Assembly: GCF_006345805.1 (NCBI RefSeq)
Contig: NW_021833257.1
Coordinates: 14,495 to 78,494, forward strand
Reading direction: 5' to 3'
Length of the DNA: 64,000 nucleotides
Source of the DNA: Octopus sinensis
Lineage: Eukaryota
Shown: one piece after another, positions 1 to 12,425 of the stretch
How the letters are laid out: each line of letters opens with the position of its first letter
Position numbering within the stretch: position 1 is the first letter of the stretch
Position numbers and translations under genes: made by a program
The notes under the pieces: model-generated
What the model was told of the DNA's origin: nothing
Databases searched by the model: none
The model's input: only the letters and a program-made list of their open reading frames with translations

Positions 1-1110
1 TATTTAATATACAAAAATATTTTTATTTTTAGTTTATGTTTTTTTATTTTTTTAAAGTAATTATTTAACTAAATAATTATCTTATTGTCAGATTTTTTTT
101 ATTTATGACGTCAAATGTTTCAATTTTTCTTTTTAAATAGCACCACATGTCTTCAATTGGATTTAAATCTGGCAAATTTTTTTTTCTGTCAAAAAACTTT
201 TAGTCTTCTTTGCAGTATGCTTCGGATCGTTATCTTGTTGGAAATTCGGATTTTCTGAATGATCGTTGATAAAGGGCATCATTTTTTCCTCAAGTATATT
301 AATGTACATGTCTGCATTCATGATTCCATTTATGGTATAAAGTTCACCAGGTCCTTGGAAGCTCATAAATCCACATATCTTTATATTTCCGCCGCCATGT
401 TTCATTGTAGATACTATGCATTTTGGATTTAGTGCACCGCCATTTTTGCGCCACATATGCTTAATTCCATTTGATCTGAACAAATTGATTTTGGTCTCAT
501 TTGACCACAGAATTCTATTCCAAAAATCCATATTTTTGCCTACATATTTTTTGCAAATTGTAAACGGTTTCTTTTGTACCTTTTTGACAATAACGGTTTC
601 CTTCGAAATATCAGCCATATAAATTGCATTCATGTAGTCTCCTTTTTATTGTAGATTTTTATATTTTAATAACAGAATAAGATTCCAATTGTTTGCAATT
701 GCAGATGAAGAGATTCTTGGATTTTTTTCAGCAGAACGTCTGATTAGACGGATAGATCTGATAGATAACTTCTTCGGTCTCCCCTTTCTCGATTTAAAAT
801 GCCGTTTATTCCGTTTTTCGGTATTTTTGTACAATCTTAGCAACGGTGTTCTTGCTAATCTCAAGTTTTTTGGCAATTTTTTTGTATCCATAGTTGTCCT
901 CGTGTATGGAAATAATACGATTTTTAATATCTGAAGAGAGATCAACATTACGAAAGTTCATGTTATTATTTTGACAATAAGATAATTATTTAATTAAATA
1001 ATTACTTTAAAAAAATAAAAGAACATAAACTAAAAATAAAAATATTTTTGTATATAAATAAAACTTTATTAGGTAATTTTAAAGTCACAACAGATGTTGA
1101 ATTCGGTATG
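1..1110 (-). mobile_element. Tc1/mariner DNA transposon with frameshifted transposase (HTH part 646-948, DDE part 163-633)
   Basis: ORFs contain Tc1 motifs (GRPKKLS, WSNETKIN, KHGGGNIKICGFMS, FQQDNDPKHTAK). Bases 1-89 are the reverse complement of 972-1060, giving a long TIR whose left copy runs off the window. Confidence 0.9.
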
Positions 1111-1111
1111 C

Positions 1112-3605
1112 GGAAAGAAAGTCAAGCGGAAAAAACGTCAAGTGGAAAAAAAGTCAAGTCCGTAAGCGGAAAAAAAGTCAAGTGGAAAAAAAGTCAAGTC
1201 GTCTTTGTTTACTTTATATTGTATCTTTTTCGCAATAATAGCAACTTTTAATTTTTAACAAATTTTTTCAATACTTGACTTTTTTTCCTTTACTTTTTTT
1301 CCATTTTTGAAATTTATTCCCTTATAAATTTTCGAAATTTAGCGCAAAACGGAAAAAAAGTCAAGTTCGTTAACGAAATTACGGACTGTAATTTCATTTA
1401 AATGTTCTGCCACAGCTAAGCAACACGTTGTGAAAATAAATTTTAAAAGCTTGGTTCAGAATATCGGTTTTTTAAAACTGATATCACTTGCAATTGTATG
1501 CGCAAACTTTTTTTCGTTCGCGTTAGCTTCTCGCCTGCCGAAATAGTTCGCTTCCTTTGTTTTATCTATTCTGTTTCATTTCTTCCGGAAAATAAATCAC
1601 ATAAATTTTACAAAAAATTCTTAGAGTAGTCCAGATTTTCTTTATTTTTAAAAATTTTTAAATATTTAAAAAAGATTTTTATAAACGTGATGAAAGGATT
1701 ATTTAATTCGAATCAAAAGAATATTTAATATTCCATGCAATTGCTTGTAGGGTTTCTCCTATTGTCTTTTTTCTGTTTTGGCGATCCAGACATATATTTA
1801 GCAGCCTTTGTTGTCGATCGAGTGTACTCTTGTTTTTTTCTTCGTAATTTTTCTTCCGATGGAATCCTGGTCAATAATTGTTTTCGTCATTTTTTCTTCT
1901 TTTTGAAAAGAAGATATAATATTCCATATCGATGGATGACGATATCCCGTCAAATTGTATAATTTATTGTTCCATCCTTCACAATAGTTGTTGTTCTTTG
2001 ATCATTATTGAGCGTGGCTTCATACACATTCCATAAAATTGGAGGGAACAATGGAGAATGTGCTGTATTCTAACAGATAAAGGGTTTTCTTGTTTATTTA
2101 AGCAACGATAATAACCACGAACATATGTTCGATCAAATAATCTACTATATATTTTGAATCTGGAACATCTTTTGGTATATTATCTATTAGGAATTCTATT
2201 CCTTCTTCCAGATCTTGAATGGGCAAAAACGCAAGAGCGTCTATCATAGCGCAAAAAATGTTGAAGTTAATATTTTCTTTATATTCTTTTACTAAATGCA
2301 ATTCTTGAATTTTTCTCCAGGTTGACTGCCTTAGATGATAATAACATCCTCTAATATGTATTCGTCTCCCAAATACTGCAAGGACAGCTCGAAATACCGA
2401 ATCTTTCAAAGTCTGCCATAATAGTTTCAAGACAAAATTCCAAATTCAAATTATGAATTGCATTTTGAATAGTCTCAAAAAATTCTTCGTAAATCTTTCT
2501 TGATTTAGAAGGTAATATTCCATAAATAACTGTAATTGGACTGGAATCGAACTCAATTCTGATAAAATATATTTGCTTGAATATGCATGGTGCCATAGAG
2601 AAATTTCCATCCATATACCATACTTTGGAATTTGCCAATAACGTTAAATTAGTATTGGTGCTGAATATTAAAAGTCTATCGTTTCTTCTTTGATTATCAT
2701 AAATTAAAAAGTTTTCTGAATCCGACCAAGAGTTGAAGTTAAAAATGATGGAATATCTTCTAGATCTAGAATATTTTTTGGAATATGTAGAGACAAGCGT
2801 TGATTTCTTATTGTTCGCTTGAAAGAATCTGCAGAAGGGAGAATAATTCTGGATGATGTATCACATTGAGAAACAACATTTGAATAGATTTGTAAGGGAT
2901 TCTCTTGGCTCTTTTTTGCAAGAAGTTTTGCCTTGTTGCACAACTTCGTCAGTTTTATTTGAGTTTCGTCTAATTCGTGATTGTGAGAGGTTCCTTCTTT
3001 AGGAAACTCAAAGTTATGATCTGTTCTTAAGCTTCCTCTGCATCCTTGCGAAGACTTTTTAACACAATTAAAAATTATATAATTTTTTGTTGTCGAGTGC
3101 CTTGTATACATATAACCTTTGAAACAAATTTTTTTCCTCCTTTGTTAGATGATATTATCTCCATTTTGTCACTTATTTTTGCGGCATCCATAATATTTAA
3201 GATACAATATGCATAATATTTAAGATCAAGGCGTAAGATTAAGCAAATAAGTCAGGCCACTTTTATTATTACTTTGAAGTTCTTAAATTGATTTAGGAAA
3301 AGCGATTATTTTAAGACGGAAAATAAGTCAAGTTCGTTAACGAAATTACGGACTTGACTTTTTTTCCGTTTTGCGCTAAATTTCGAAAATTATAAGGGAA
3401 TAAATTTCAAAAATGGAAAAAAAGTAAAGCGGAAAAAAGTCAAGTATTGAAAAAATTGTTAAAAATTAAAAGTTGCTATTATTGCGAAAAAGATACAATA
3501 TAAAGTAACAAAAGACGACTTGACTTTTTTTCCACTTGACTTTTTTTCCGCTTACGGACTTGACTTTTTTTCCACTTGACGTTTTTTCCGCTTGACTTTC
3601 TTTCC
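1112..3605 (-). mobile_element. Mutator-like (MULE) DNA transposon with ~250-bp TIRs and frameshifted transposase
   Basis: TIRs at 1112-~1367 and ~3351-3605 begin GGAAAGAAAGTCAAG and are built from AAAAAAAGTCAAG subrepeats. ORF pieces 2704-3111 (FLYWCH-like C/H pattern), 2351-2638 (YMDGNF) and 2098-2430 (GCYYHLRQ, the MULE CxxH motif). No TSD seen. Confidence 0.88.
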
Positions 3606-4189
3606 TACAATCTCCTGGGCATCCTGAAAGCTCTTCCCAACATTTAGGAAGGTACGGATTTAACCGAGTCCTGCTGGGTCGTGGACTTAGTCCCTAAATA
3701 TATGCAGTAAGGTTCAATTTCATAAATTCCAAAAAAATATCAAATCTTAGTAAATCCAAAAAAAACTTCTAATTATATTATAATAAAATATTCGTTCTAT
3801 TATTGTTAATTTTTTGGAAAACCTAACATAATCGGATAACCACGTTGCTATTCGTGATTTTTTTAATGTTGTGCATTGTTTTTATTCGTGAAATATATTT
3901 TCATATATTAAGGGTTAATTTGTATTAAAATTGATTAAATATAGTGTTGATTGATAGAATTTCTTATTATATTCGATATTCTATCATTGAATTGGTTTTA
4001 TTTTCACATAATTTAGTCTTTTTTACATTTTAACCATTCAATATTTCTTGGATTTTTACACATTTTTATTTCTTGCCTATTTTTATATTTATTACAATTT
4101 TACTGTATGAAAATTTAATAATTTCTATATTCTTGAAATATTTTTATTTTTTTGTTTTTTCTCAATATTTTTTTTTGAATGAGAATTTT

Positions 4190-4745
4190 GAAATGTTTTA
4201 TGTTCCGAGTCGAGAATGAAATCGAGCCGAGACTGAAATTATGACAGCTGTCATCATTCCCAATCCTTGTCAAAAATAAGATAATCAAACTTGTAATCCG
4301 TCGACCAAGTGAGCGAAGAAAGGGAAGGGATTTCCCCCTGCTTGTATGGGAAGGTGGACATGCCGTCCCCTCTATCCAGTCCAACAGGTTCGAGGATTGA
4401 CGGGACGCCGGCCGAAGCGAGGGTTCTCTGTATGATCGAGTTGAGACACGGTGGGAGATTTCGATTCTTAGGCATTTCTTGTCCACCAGGTTCCCGATGG
4501 AAGGGAGAGGGAGAGCCTTTAACCAGGCACCGCTGCCTTCACAGCGACCTGCACGGAGGCAAGCGACACGGTGTTGATTGGAGACGGGAAGGATGGCTTT
4601 GAAAATTGCCTGACAAGAGATTTCGTCCCATTGACGCTGGACAGATTGAGACTTGGGCAGCTTCGAGCCAAACTGAGGCTCTCACCGACCACAGGCGGCA
4701 GAGTAATCGTCAGACAATTTTCGTTTGGGGAGGTTTCCTTTTTCT
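4190..4745 (-). mobile_element. 5'-truncated CRE-like non-LTR retroelement fragment (restriction-like endonuclease region)
   Basis: Translates to LNSIIQRTLASAGVPSILEPVGLDRGDG, preceded by a WLKALP-type motif. Related to the copies at 15392, 55690 and 59450. Boundaries approximate. Confidence 0.75.
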
Positions 4746-4810
4746 TTACACCATCTTGCAATCTTATCAATATGACCAAGAGTTATTTTCCATGATATTG
4801 ATTTGCTCAT

Positions 4811-6781
4811 TATTATTTATTGTGACCGTCCATAGAATGGACACGCCGTTGAGTGGACACTAGAGCATTAAAAGCAAAATAAATAGCAAATTCTATAAAT
4901 AATTGATTGAAAAAGCATTTTTTAATTAATTAAAATTAAAATATTAATTTAATATTTTTAATTATTTTTTAAGCGTGCAAAATGGGTTTTTGTGAAACTG
5001 AAAGCTTCGGATCTAAAAATAATCAAAGAAATTCAAGACGGCCAGTCAATTGATGAGCCGAATGGGAATGTCGACCGTAAGAAAAGATTTCGATACAAAA
5101 ATTTGGCCAAAAAAATGATATTCAATGAAGATAAAGTGTATATTTTACACAAGGGCCTTCGGTTACGTTTTTTTTGTGAGGACGAAGTGGAACTAAGGGA
5201 AAAAACCTTAGAGGTATTCAAAAAAGTTAAAAAAATTTAGGCGGAGCATAACTACAATCATTTCGGACGAGATAGATTGTTTAGTAAATTGCGAACATCT
5301 TATTATTCCATATCTCGTCGAGAGATTGCTGATGCTATAAAAAAATGTGTTCATTGTCAGGTATTTTTTATGTTTCAAATTCCTAGTCATTAAATTTGAT
5401 GGCCACTAAAGCTCCTATTACGCCAATAATGCACGAGAACATGCATACACGAATATAATTATTGCCGGAGAAAAAATGATAAATAAACGAAAATGGAGAT
5501 ATGATGAGGACCCTATAATAGTTGGATCGACAGTTTTACTGAAACAAGTCTCTCTCAAAATTTATTATAAATAGGACAATGATGCCAATATAAGAAGGTA
5601 TCCGCTCTATGATGGGTTGGATACAAATACATATACAGTTGTTAAAATCCAGGATGATCTGTTTACGATTCAGAGCCTTAACGGTGAAGAAACAGCTAAT
5701 GTACATATCTCCAGATTAAAAAAAATTACAGATTAACACTACTTAACTAACTATCTTTAAAATTTTTGCTAGAAATCTTACATCTTTAAGCTAAAAGTCT
5801 GTATCAAACACACCGCGGCCGAAGGCCGCATAGGGAACTGCATCAAATACGTTTTCAATGATAGGGTTAGGATTGTGTTTAGAATTTTGTTAGAAATCCC
5901 ACATGTCTTCTTCAACAATTAGGGGTTTAGTTAGGATTGTCCATAGCCTAAGGGTGCATAAGAAGCAATACGTGTGCAGCAATTAAGGTTGTGGTTAGGT
6001 TCCATTTAGAAATCTGTACGGTCATCTCTAAAATTGCTGTTAGGATACCAACGTCTATTTTATTTAATAAATTTTACAAATAAATTCGATTTTATAACTA
6101 GTAAAAAGTATTATTTTAAAATGGTAAACCTCGAAATATAATAAACATTATGATTTTTAATCAATAATCGTAGAAAAAACGGTGTGGTTGGTTTTGTTAG
6201 CTCTTTTATTCTGAAAAAGTCACCAAATTCATCGAAAATAGGCTCAAAATGGGACTTGGAAAAAATTAAGGTATGTTTTATATGAGCAAAATTGAAATAA
6301 ATGAGATTTGAAAGTGTCCACTCAACGGCGTGTCCATTCAACGGACGGTGACATTTATTATTATTATTTAAAGACCAAACACGGGCAAAGCCAGTTAATT
6401 ATAGTTATTCCCGTGATCGCCGATCCAAACGAGGGAGATCCTTCTGAAAGGTTCAATCCTTCCCGCAAGATCGGCCTGAGACGACGATGTCCCAGGGTCT
6501 GAGAAGCGAAGAGTCCTTTTTCGGTAGGCATTAAGTGCCTCCGAGCGTTGCCATATCCGAAGGAATTTCCAACTGACATGGTGGACTCCGTAACGCCACG
6601 CTAAGCCCGGAAGGTAAAGAGATCCCCATTTCCAACTGTGTCGTGCCAGAAGTACTCGTTGCCTCAGGGGCAGGGGAACGATAACGAGAATTAGCCCCAG
6701 GATGAAAACCGGCCTCCTTCGGAATCGAACTCACGACTGTCCAAATCCATTATCCATAGCTTAGTCTTCAGCCAAGGGGGC
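4811..6781 (-). mobile_element. tRNA-derived SINE (~430-bp body at 6369-6781 plus a (TAA)n tail interrupted by a Ginger element)
   Basis: Minus-strand head GCCCCCTTGGCTGAAG (A-box-like) and GAGTTCGATTCC (B box, 6721-6732), with an acceptor-like stem GCCCCCT/AGGAGGC. TAA-repeat tail. (GC)TCAT duplicated at 4805-4810 and 6780-6785. Empty site in copy B near 26275-26283. Confidence 0.8.
4821..6353 (+). mobile_element. Ginger-like (TGT..ACA) DNA transposon, internally deleted integrase
   Basis: 41-bp TIRs (4821-4861 and 6313-6353, 38/41 identical) and a 5-bp TSD TTTAT. Encodes the HHCC integrase zinc-binding motif HNYNHFG...KKCVHCQ, but no DDE core is visible. Confidence 0.85.
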
Positions 6782-6990
6782 TCATGGAAAGATCTATAAA
6801 ATATCATCTTCATAAATGACCATCTCCATGTTAGGATGATTCACTTTAGGAATGTCACACATCTTATAATTAAATAAAAGTGGATTGATGACAGATCCCT
6901 GTGGAACTCCTCTTATAAGAGAAATTTTCCTCGACAATTGGTTTTCGACGCGTATGAATGTTTCTCTTCCCGAGAGGAAACTCTTCATCC
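6782..6990 (-). mobile_element. LINE reverse transcriptase fragment (continues at 4746-4805; copy B ~26216-26495)
   Basis: GVPQGSVINPLLF and YEDD (degenerate YADD) motifs. Confidence 0.8.
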
Positions 6991-7009
6991 AAAGTAAGGC
7001 CGTCTTTTC

Positions 7010-7560
7010 ATAATTATTTTAACGTGGATCATTTTTTATAGCGCGATGTCAGTGTTATGAGTCAACAATTTGTTCACTTGAAACTGTGTTAATAATTTGT
7101 GAAACCATCCTTTCACCAAGAAATGTAACAATGTCTCTGCATTTGGTTTCCGAAGGAACAGAATGTCCATATTATTAAAAAAATCAATAATGATGTATTT
7201 CGTAACTTATGAAGTGGAATATTTGCTGATAAAAAATCATTTGCAGATCCACGGCAAAACAATCAGCAGTGACCTCATTTTTACTATTAGTATCCAAAGT
7301 ATATCTGGATTCTCAGAATATGCTTTTAGAATGTCTGTGCTTATCAATAAACCATTGCTTATTTGGCAGTTCGTAAGAATTACATAATTTGCAGAATAAT
7401 TCTGACCTGTTCTGAAATGATTTGCTTTCGATAAAAGAGTTTCTTTATATATGAAAAACTCGCGTAGAAAAGTGGAGGAACATCAGAAAGCTCGGATCTA
7501 TACTGGCGACTCAGAAGATATTACACGACGGAAAATCTTACTTAGCCAAAATACAAGCGA
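7010..7560 (-). mobile_element. Degenerate hAT-like/CGGBP1-like transposase remnant (copy B ~26510-27060)
   Basis: DLANAFLSANIPLHKLRNTSIIDFFNKYGHSVPSE resembles the N-terminal region of CGGBP1-type hAT transposases. Heavily frameshifted. Confidence 0.55.
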
Positions 7561-8201
7561 GGGTTAGCACTCAAAAATTACAATCGATTTTATGAGAACG
7601 TGCATTAACTAACTAACTTTGTCTTGATTTTGTTAATTTACAATTAACTTTTACAGTCTCAAATCTCTTTATTTAATTTATACAAATTTAGATTGAGATG
7701 TCCAGCGTTACTTCACTTGATATTGATAATTGCGAAAAAGTAATTATTCAATGCGGCAGATGTAATTCAATGCGGCCGCTTCCAACCTCGTATTTAATTG
7801 ACGTCGAGCATAGAACGAGACCCAAGCGATCAGCCCTGCCTGTGTCTGCATATATCTTTAGACAAAGTAATCGTTTCAATTATTTTATTAAAACTAAACT
7901 TGAGTTACATCAAAACATTATTTTAACAAAGTGTATGGATTTATTTAATGAATATCCGCAACAATCCATTTGACGACATAAACTAAGGAATATGTCTTTG
8001 TCAAGGAAATTAATAATCACTCTGATTAGTAATTAAGGATAATTTAATAATTCTGGTGGCGTACCCAGTCCTCATAACCTCCCTAATTCTTAAATTTACC
8101 ATCCTCCACTGTGAGTATTACATTTTTTGACATGACACAAGTCAAATTTGAATATAAATTTTATTATTTGAATAAATTATTAAATAATTGTGCACGTTAA
8201 A

Positions 8202-9046
8202 ATGAACAATGACATGGAAGCTTTGTATACACTAGAAGAGTTGACATATCTAATATTATTATAGAGGAGAGTGCCTCCCATCTTCCTCCAACGACTCGGA
8301 AAGCAGCACAGATTGGGTGGCCTTCACAAATTCTCTACGAAGACATGACCAATACATTCCTCCTTCTCCCCCTGTCGAAGAGGACGACTGGAACATCCCC
8401 TCAATCCACCTCACCAACATCACCTTTCAATTACACCCAGTCGGACTCCTCCGTCTGTCCATAAACCCTATTTCCCTACCGTGGAAGGGACGAGTGATTA
8501 CCCCTCCACTTGCAGAGGACACTGTCCTTCTCCTCCACAAAGACACTCCTCTAGGCATAGTTAAAGAAATTTCGGCCTTGTTGAAAACCCTCCTATGTGG
8601 TCGGCCTGTGTGAGGAAGCCCTCGATCTGATTTCTCGGGGAATAGTTTTCTCAACAACACACAAGTGTTCTGTGTCCCCAGACCCCCAATCACTCAATTT
8701 GTCTTCAATGTCGACTCCCTTAAACAGTCTCTTCTTGGAGGTCTAGTTAGAACACGTGGTTCTGACGCTTCTTGGATTGGGAACACTGAACCACCCCCCA
8801 CAGGTTGTTTTATTTAGTCTTATTTATAGCACTTGGACTACTCTGACGACGAACAGGAGAAGTGTGCCCGACTCGAGTCTAAACTGGGAGTCACCAATGA
8901 GGAGGCTATACGAATTCGCCAACAAAGGAAACAGAGATCGATCAATCGAAGAAACCACCCCCCACTATGGGAATGTGGCCTCCTCTTGGCGATATCCGCC
9001 ACGATCTGGCTACCCTTACTATCCTTTCTCCTATCCACCATTTTGA
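8202..9046 (+). CDS. NAF1: H/ACA RNP assembly factor NAF1, copy A (micro-introns; homopolymer frameshifts)
   Basis: Spliced translation gives the Gar1/Naf1 domain followed by RGSDASWIGNTEPPP and LDYSDDEQEK (cf. the NAF1 motifs GSDASW and DFSDDE), ending in a Pro/Tyr-rich tail. Confidence 0.85.
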
Positions 9047-9520
9047 TTTACTTTATTTTATAAAAGATTAAGACACAGTTGAAATGATTCTAATTTGTCT
9101 AACATTTGGAGTATTTCTCTCCTTAATGAACCACGTCTCATAGCTTGTCAAGTTTGTAGGAATAAACTATTAAATCACCACAGCCTGTATAAAACTCATT
9201 CTAAATATTTCCGAAAGACACAAATACTCACACTCTACCCATTTAAGAAGTTGTACGTGGTCTTTCTATAGTCTTGTAGAAACCAATTCTCTATCTATTA
9301 TACAAGGTTTTATTTTTCTTATTTGTCATTGTAGTCTATGAATACGTTTATATTCTATCGACATGTACACAAAATCTTAAAGGGATGTTGAAAAAATGGC
9401 ATAAGCGGATGCACAAGTTGCGGGGAAAGCGATATGTGTTAATAATAAATTAAGTAAATAAGCCACAAAATAAATCAAAGGATAACAGTATTAGTCAACT
9501 AACCATTAAACCAAGAAGAG

Positions 9521-10331
9521 TCAATATGTTTTATTTCCATGTAGTATCCGCAAGTACTGTTTCTCGGATGGCAGAATCATTGTTCTAATAGCAGTAAAGC
9601 GGTTATGGCTTCTTCACACTCACTCAGAGAAGGAATAATAATACAATCTTCACCTTGCTAAAAATATACTAAAGTAATTGTCAACCTTCCAATTAACTGG
9701 GGTGGCTAAGGCATGAACATCAGTCATAATGACAGAATCAATCACTCGTAAGAGCTTACTAAAATATTAAAACTACATAAACCTAACATTCCTTCCAGTA
9801 GTAGCCGGATAGAGAATACTAAGTCTCATTTTCATATCTTTATCAATCAAAATAAACCTAAGATTAGTAAAACCAAGCAAAAAAATAATTTATATACCGC
9901 ACGTGCCGGGAGAGTATTATTATCTGGGCTAATTTCTCGAGGGTCCAGCATCCCCAACTGGGTGACAATTTTTCTTTCGGAATCGTCTATTATAGGAAAT
10001 GGCAAACTCTCTGTTGTTATATTTCCATGTGCAAGAATGTCCTAATTATTGCTGTGGATTTGAATGTACTTTAATCTATTCTCGGTGGCTCTCCACGGTA
10101 TCACAGGACAGGCCAATTAGTTTGACATTTCTTTGTTCAAATTCATTGACCTTTTTTGCTAGTTCAGCTAATTCGGTCCTACAGACCGGAGTAAAATCTC
10201 GTGGATGTGAGAAAAATAAACATCAACTATATTTATGTATAAAAGTATTACCTTGATCCAATAAAACTGTAAAGATCAAAATCACCCATTGTGGTCTGCA
10301 GTTGAAAATTTGGGAACTTGTCGGACAGACG
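9521..10331 (-). pseudogene. PRDX6: 1-Cys peroxiredoxin PRDX6, copy A; no ATG and two nonsense codons
   Basis: Motifs [11 protein letters not shown](R)TEL and SILYPATTGRN, ATPVNWK. TGA at 10223-10225 and TAG at 10076-10078 both replace conserved Trp. The start codon and upstream region present in copy B are missing. Confidence 0.88.
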
Positions 10332-10794
10332 TTTAGAATTGAGGGTGTTATTCAAAAAATTATAATTATTATAAAATCAAATAAATTAATATTTTATAAC
10401 GTGGTTTTTTTTTCTTGGTTGTATAACATCTTTCATACCAATGATAGTTTACAGTAATGATGGCATACGTTTCAATTGAGTTTATTAAGTTACTGATTAA
10501 TATCAGTTAGTTCTCGATATAAAACTACATTTTTAACCTATGATGACCTGTAATATGACTGAGGCTATATTGAGTTAGAGCACTTTTTAAGTAATTTAAA
10601 CAATCTGTTTATGTTTCCAATGTTATTATATTTACTTAAGCAATTATTGCCTGTAAATACAATTCAATTGTATATATGCTCCTCTTATCTACAACTAAAT
10701 TCATTTTGGATGACCTGATCGGATAACCATCTTCCCTGTTAAGTGTGGAAAGTCCTTTGTGTGTGACGCGACATCCCTAGACAACTACGCCCCT

Positions 10795-11987
10795 AAAAAA
10801 TATTTGAATTTTTTAATCGTTTGTGTGGATGGACGGTCACGTTGAGATGAGAAAATACGCAAAATTGAAGGACTACGAACTCCCTCGCTCTGAGATGGAG
10901 TCCGTAGCCTTCCTTCAGGAGGTTGGAATCATTCCAACCGAAAAGAAATGTGCCGAAAGACATCCGATGACCCTAAAGCGAGATGGTACAACTTGGGTGT
11001 GTGATAAAAGCGAGTGTCGAATTTCAAGTTCTGTCCGAAACGGTATAAGAGAGTACTTTATTTTTAGGTACGTGGCTCGAAGGCACGACAGTGTCATTAC
11101 AATCTTGTATTCGGTTTATTTATATGTGGAGCTTCGACAGACACAGCATTTTATGGTGTCGGCGTCAACTGGAATGGAGTCGCCAAACGATATGTAATTG
11201 GTCTCACTCGCTGCGGGAGGTATGTGCTGCATATTTAGCAAATCGTCCGAACACACTGATTGGTATTATATTACATTATTAGAATTGGAATGTCGTAGAA
11301 TTGACGAAAGTTTGTTTTCGAAAAGAAAAAATAATGCGGGGCGATTCTCCCTCAACATGGGTTTTTGGGGGAATCTGTCGTGGAAAAAGAGTGTTCCTGG
11401 AGTTGGTACCAGATCGCTTCCAAAAGAACGTTAACCGCAGCGATACAGCGAAATATCGCACCGGTTCAGTGATACACTCTGACAAATGGAAGGGTAATTG
11501 TAATTACTTTATTTTTGTTATAGGTTATTCAACCCCAGATCTAAATGCTCTGCTTATGTGCACCTTACAGTCAATCACAAGTTATTATAATTCATTTATA
11601 AATTTGCAGACGAAATTTTGTAAACCCGAGGACGGGTGCACTACCCAGTGTGTTGAGAGGTTCGTGTAGCAAAAATTATACAAAAATATAGAATGTGGGG
11701 GAACGCAAATGGCGCAATAAAGAGACAAAGAGGAACCGCACGCCACTATATGGGTGAATACTTTGCAGGTATTAATATTCAGATTTAATTTGTAGAATTT
11801 TTATGGAGAAGACAAGTGAGCCATTTGGAGCAACGCATTCGACGAATTGTTAGACACGCATTGTGCAATTTTACCACCGAACGTTTCGCTCCGTAGATCT
11901 AACTAACCTTTTTCCTAATAATATCTTATTTTGACTTTAGAATTTAAAATTTACACCACTAGGTCATTAAGAATTCAAATATTTTTT
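10795..11987 (+). mobile_element. Merlin (ISXO2/IS1016-like DDE) transposon; transposase from ATG 10847 with five micro-introns
   Basis: Motifs IDES.FSKRK, WVFGGICR, SDKWKGY, TVNHKRNFVNP and YFAEFLWRR appear after splicing. 16-bp inverted repeat AAAAAATATTTGAATT at 10795-10810 and 11972-11987. Absent from copy B, though not as a clean empty site. Confidence 0.85.
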
Positions 11988-12425
11988 AAAAAAATTTATA
12001 ATAATATTTACAAAATCGGCATAGTACATTTATTTAATTTTTCCTCTAATATTCAAAAAAATTTTCATTAATTAAATTAGTGCCTATTTTCGTGATTCAT
12101 GAAATAGAACAGTACCGTTTCTACTACAGCAAAAGATATAAAATATGTTTCTTTTAATAGTGGCATTGGCAAGTCTCCACTTTAGTTTTGTCAGAAATTG
12201 GGGAATGGATCTTTATTAAAGCGAGACCAGCTGGTTATTCAAAGGATTTATTTGTCATCTACCAAAACACTTTTAAGCCAATCTTTTATCTTCTAATTAA
12301 TACAACCGATAATTTCTATTTTTAAGTTTATTGATATGTAAAACGTATATTTAAATAACTAATTTATTAATTAGCCTTATAAGACGAGCGTACATCCCAT
12401 TTATTTGGCATAAATGAAACTACAA

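Noticed and set aside
9070-9500. Possible small gene between NAF1 and PRDX6, and a GC-richer patch at ~16920-17110 resembling a gag fragment
   Set aside because: I could not obtain a consistent reading frame or a recognisable motif by eye; a translated homology search is needed.
10795-11987. Bacterial IS1016/IS1595 horizontal transfer or contamination
   Set aside because: The transposase carries spliceosomal GT-AG introns, so it is a eukaryotic Merlin element.
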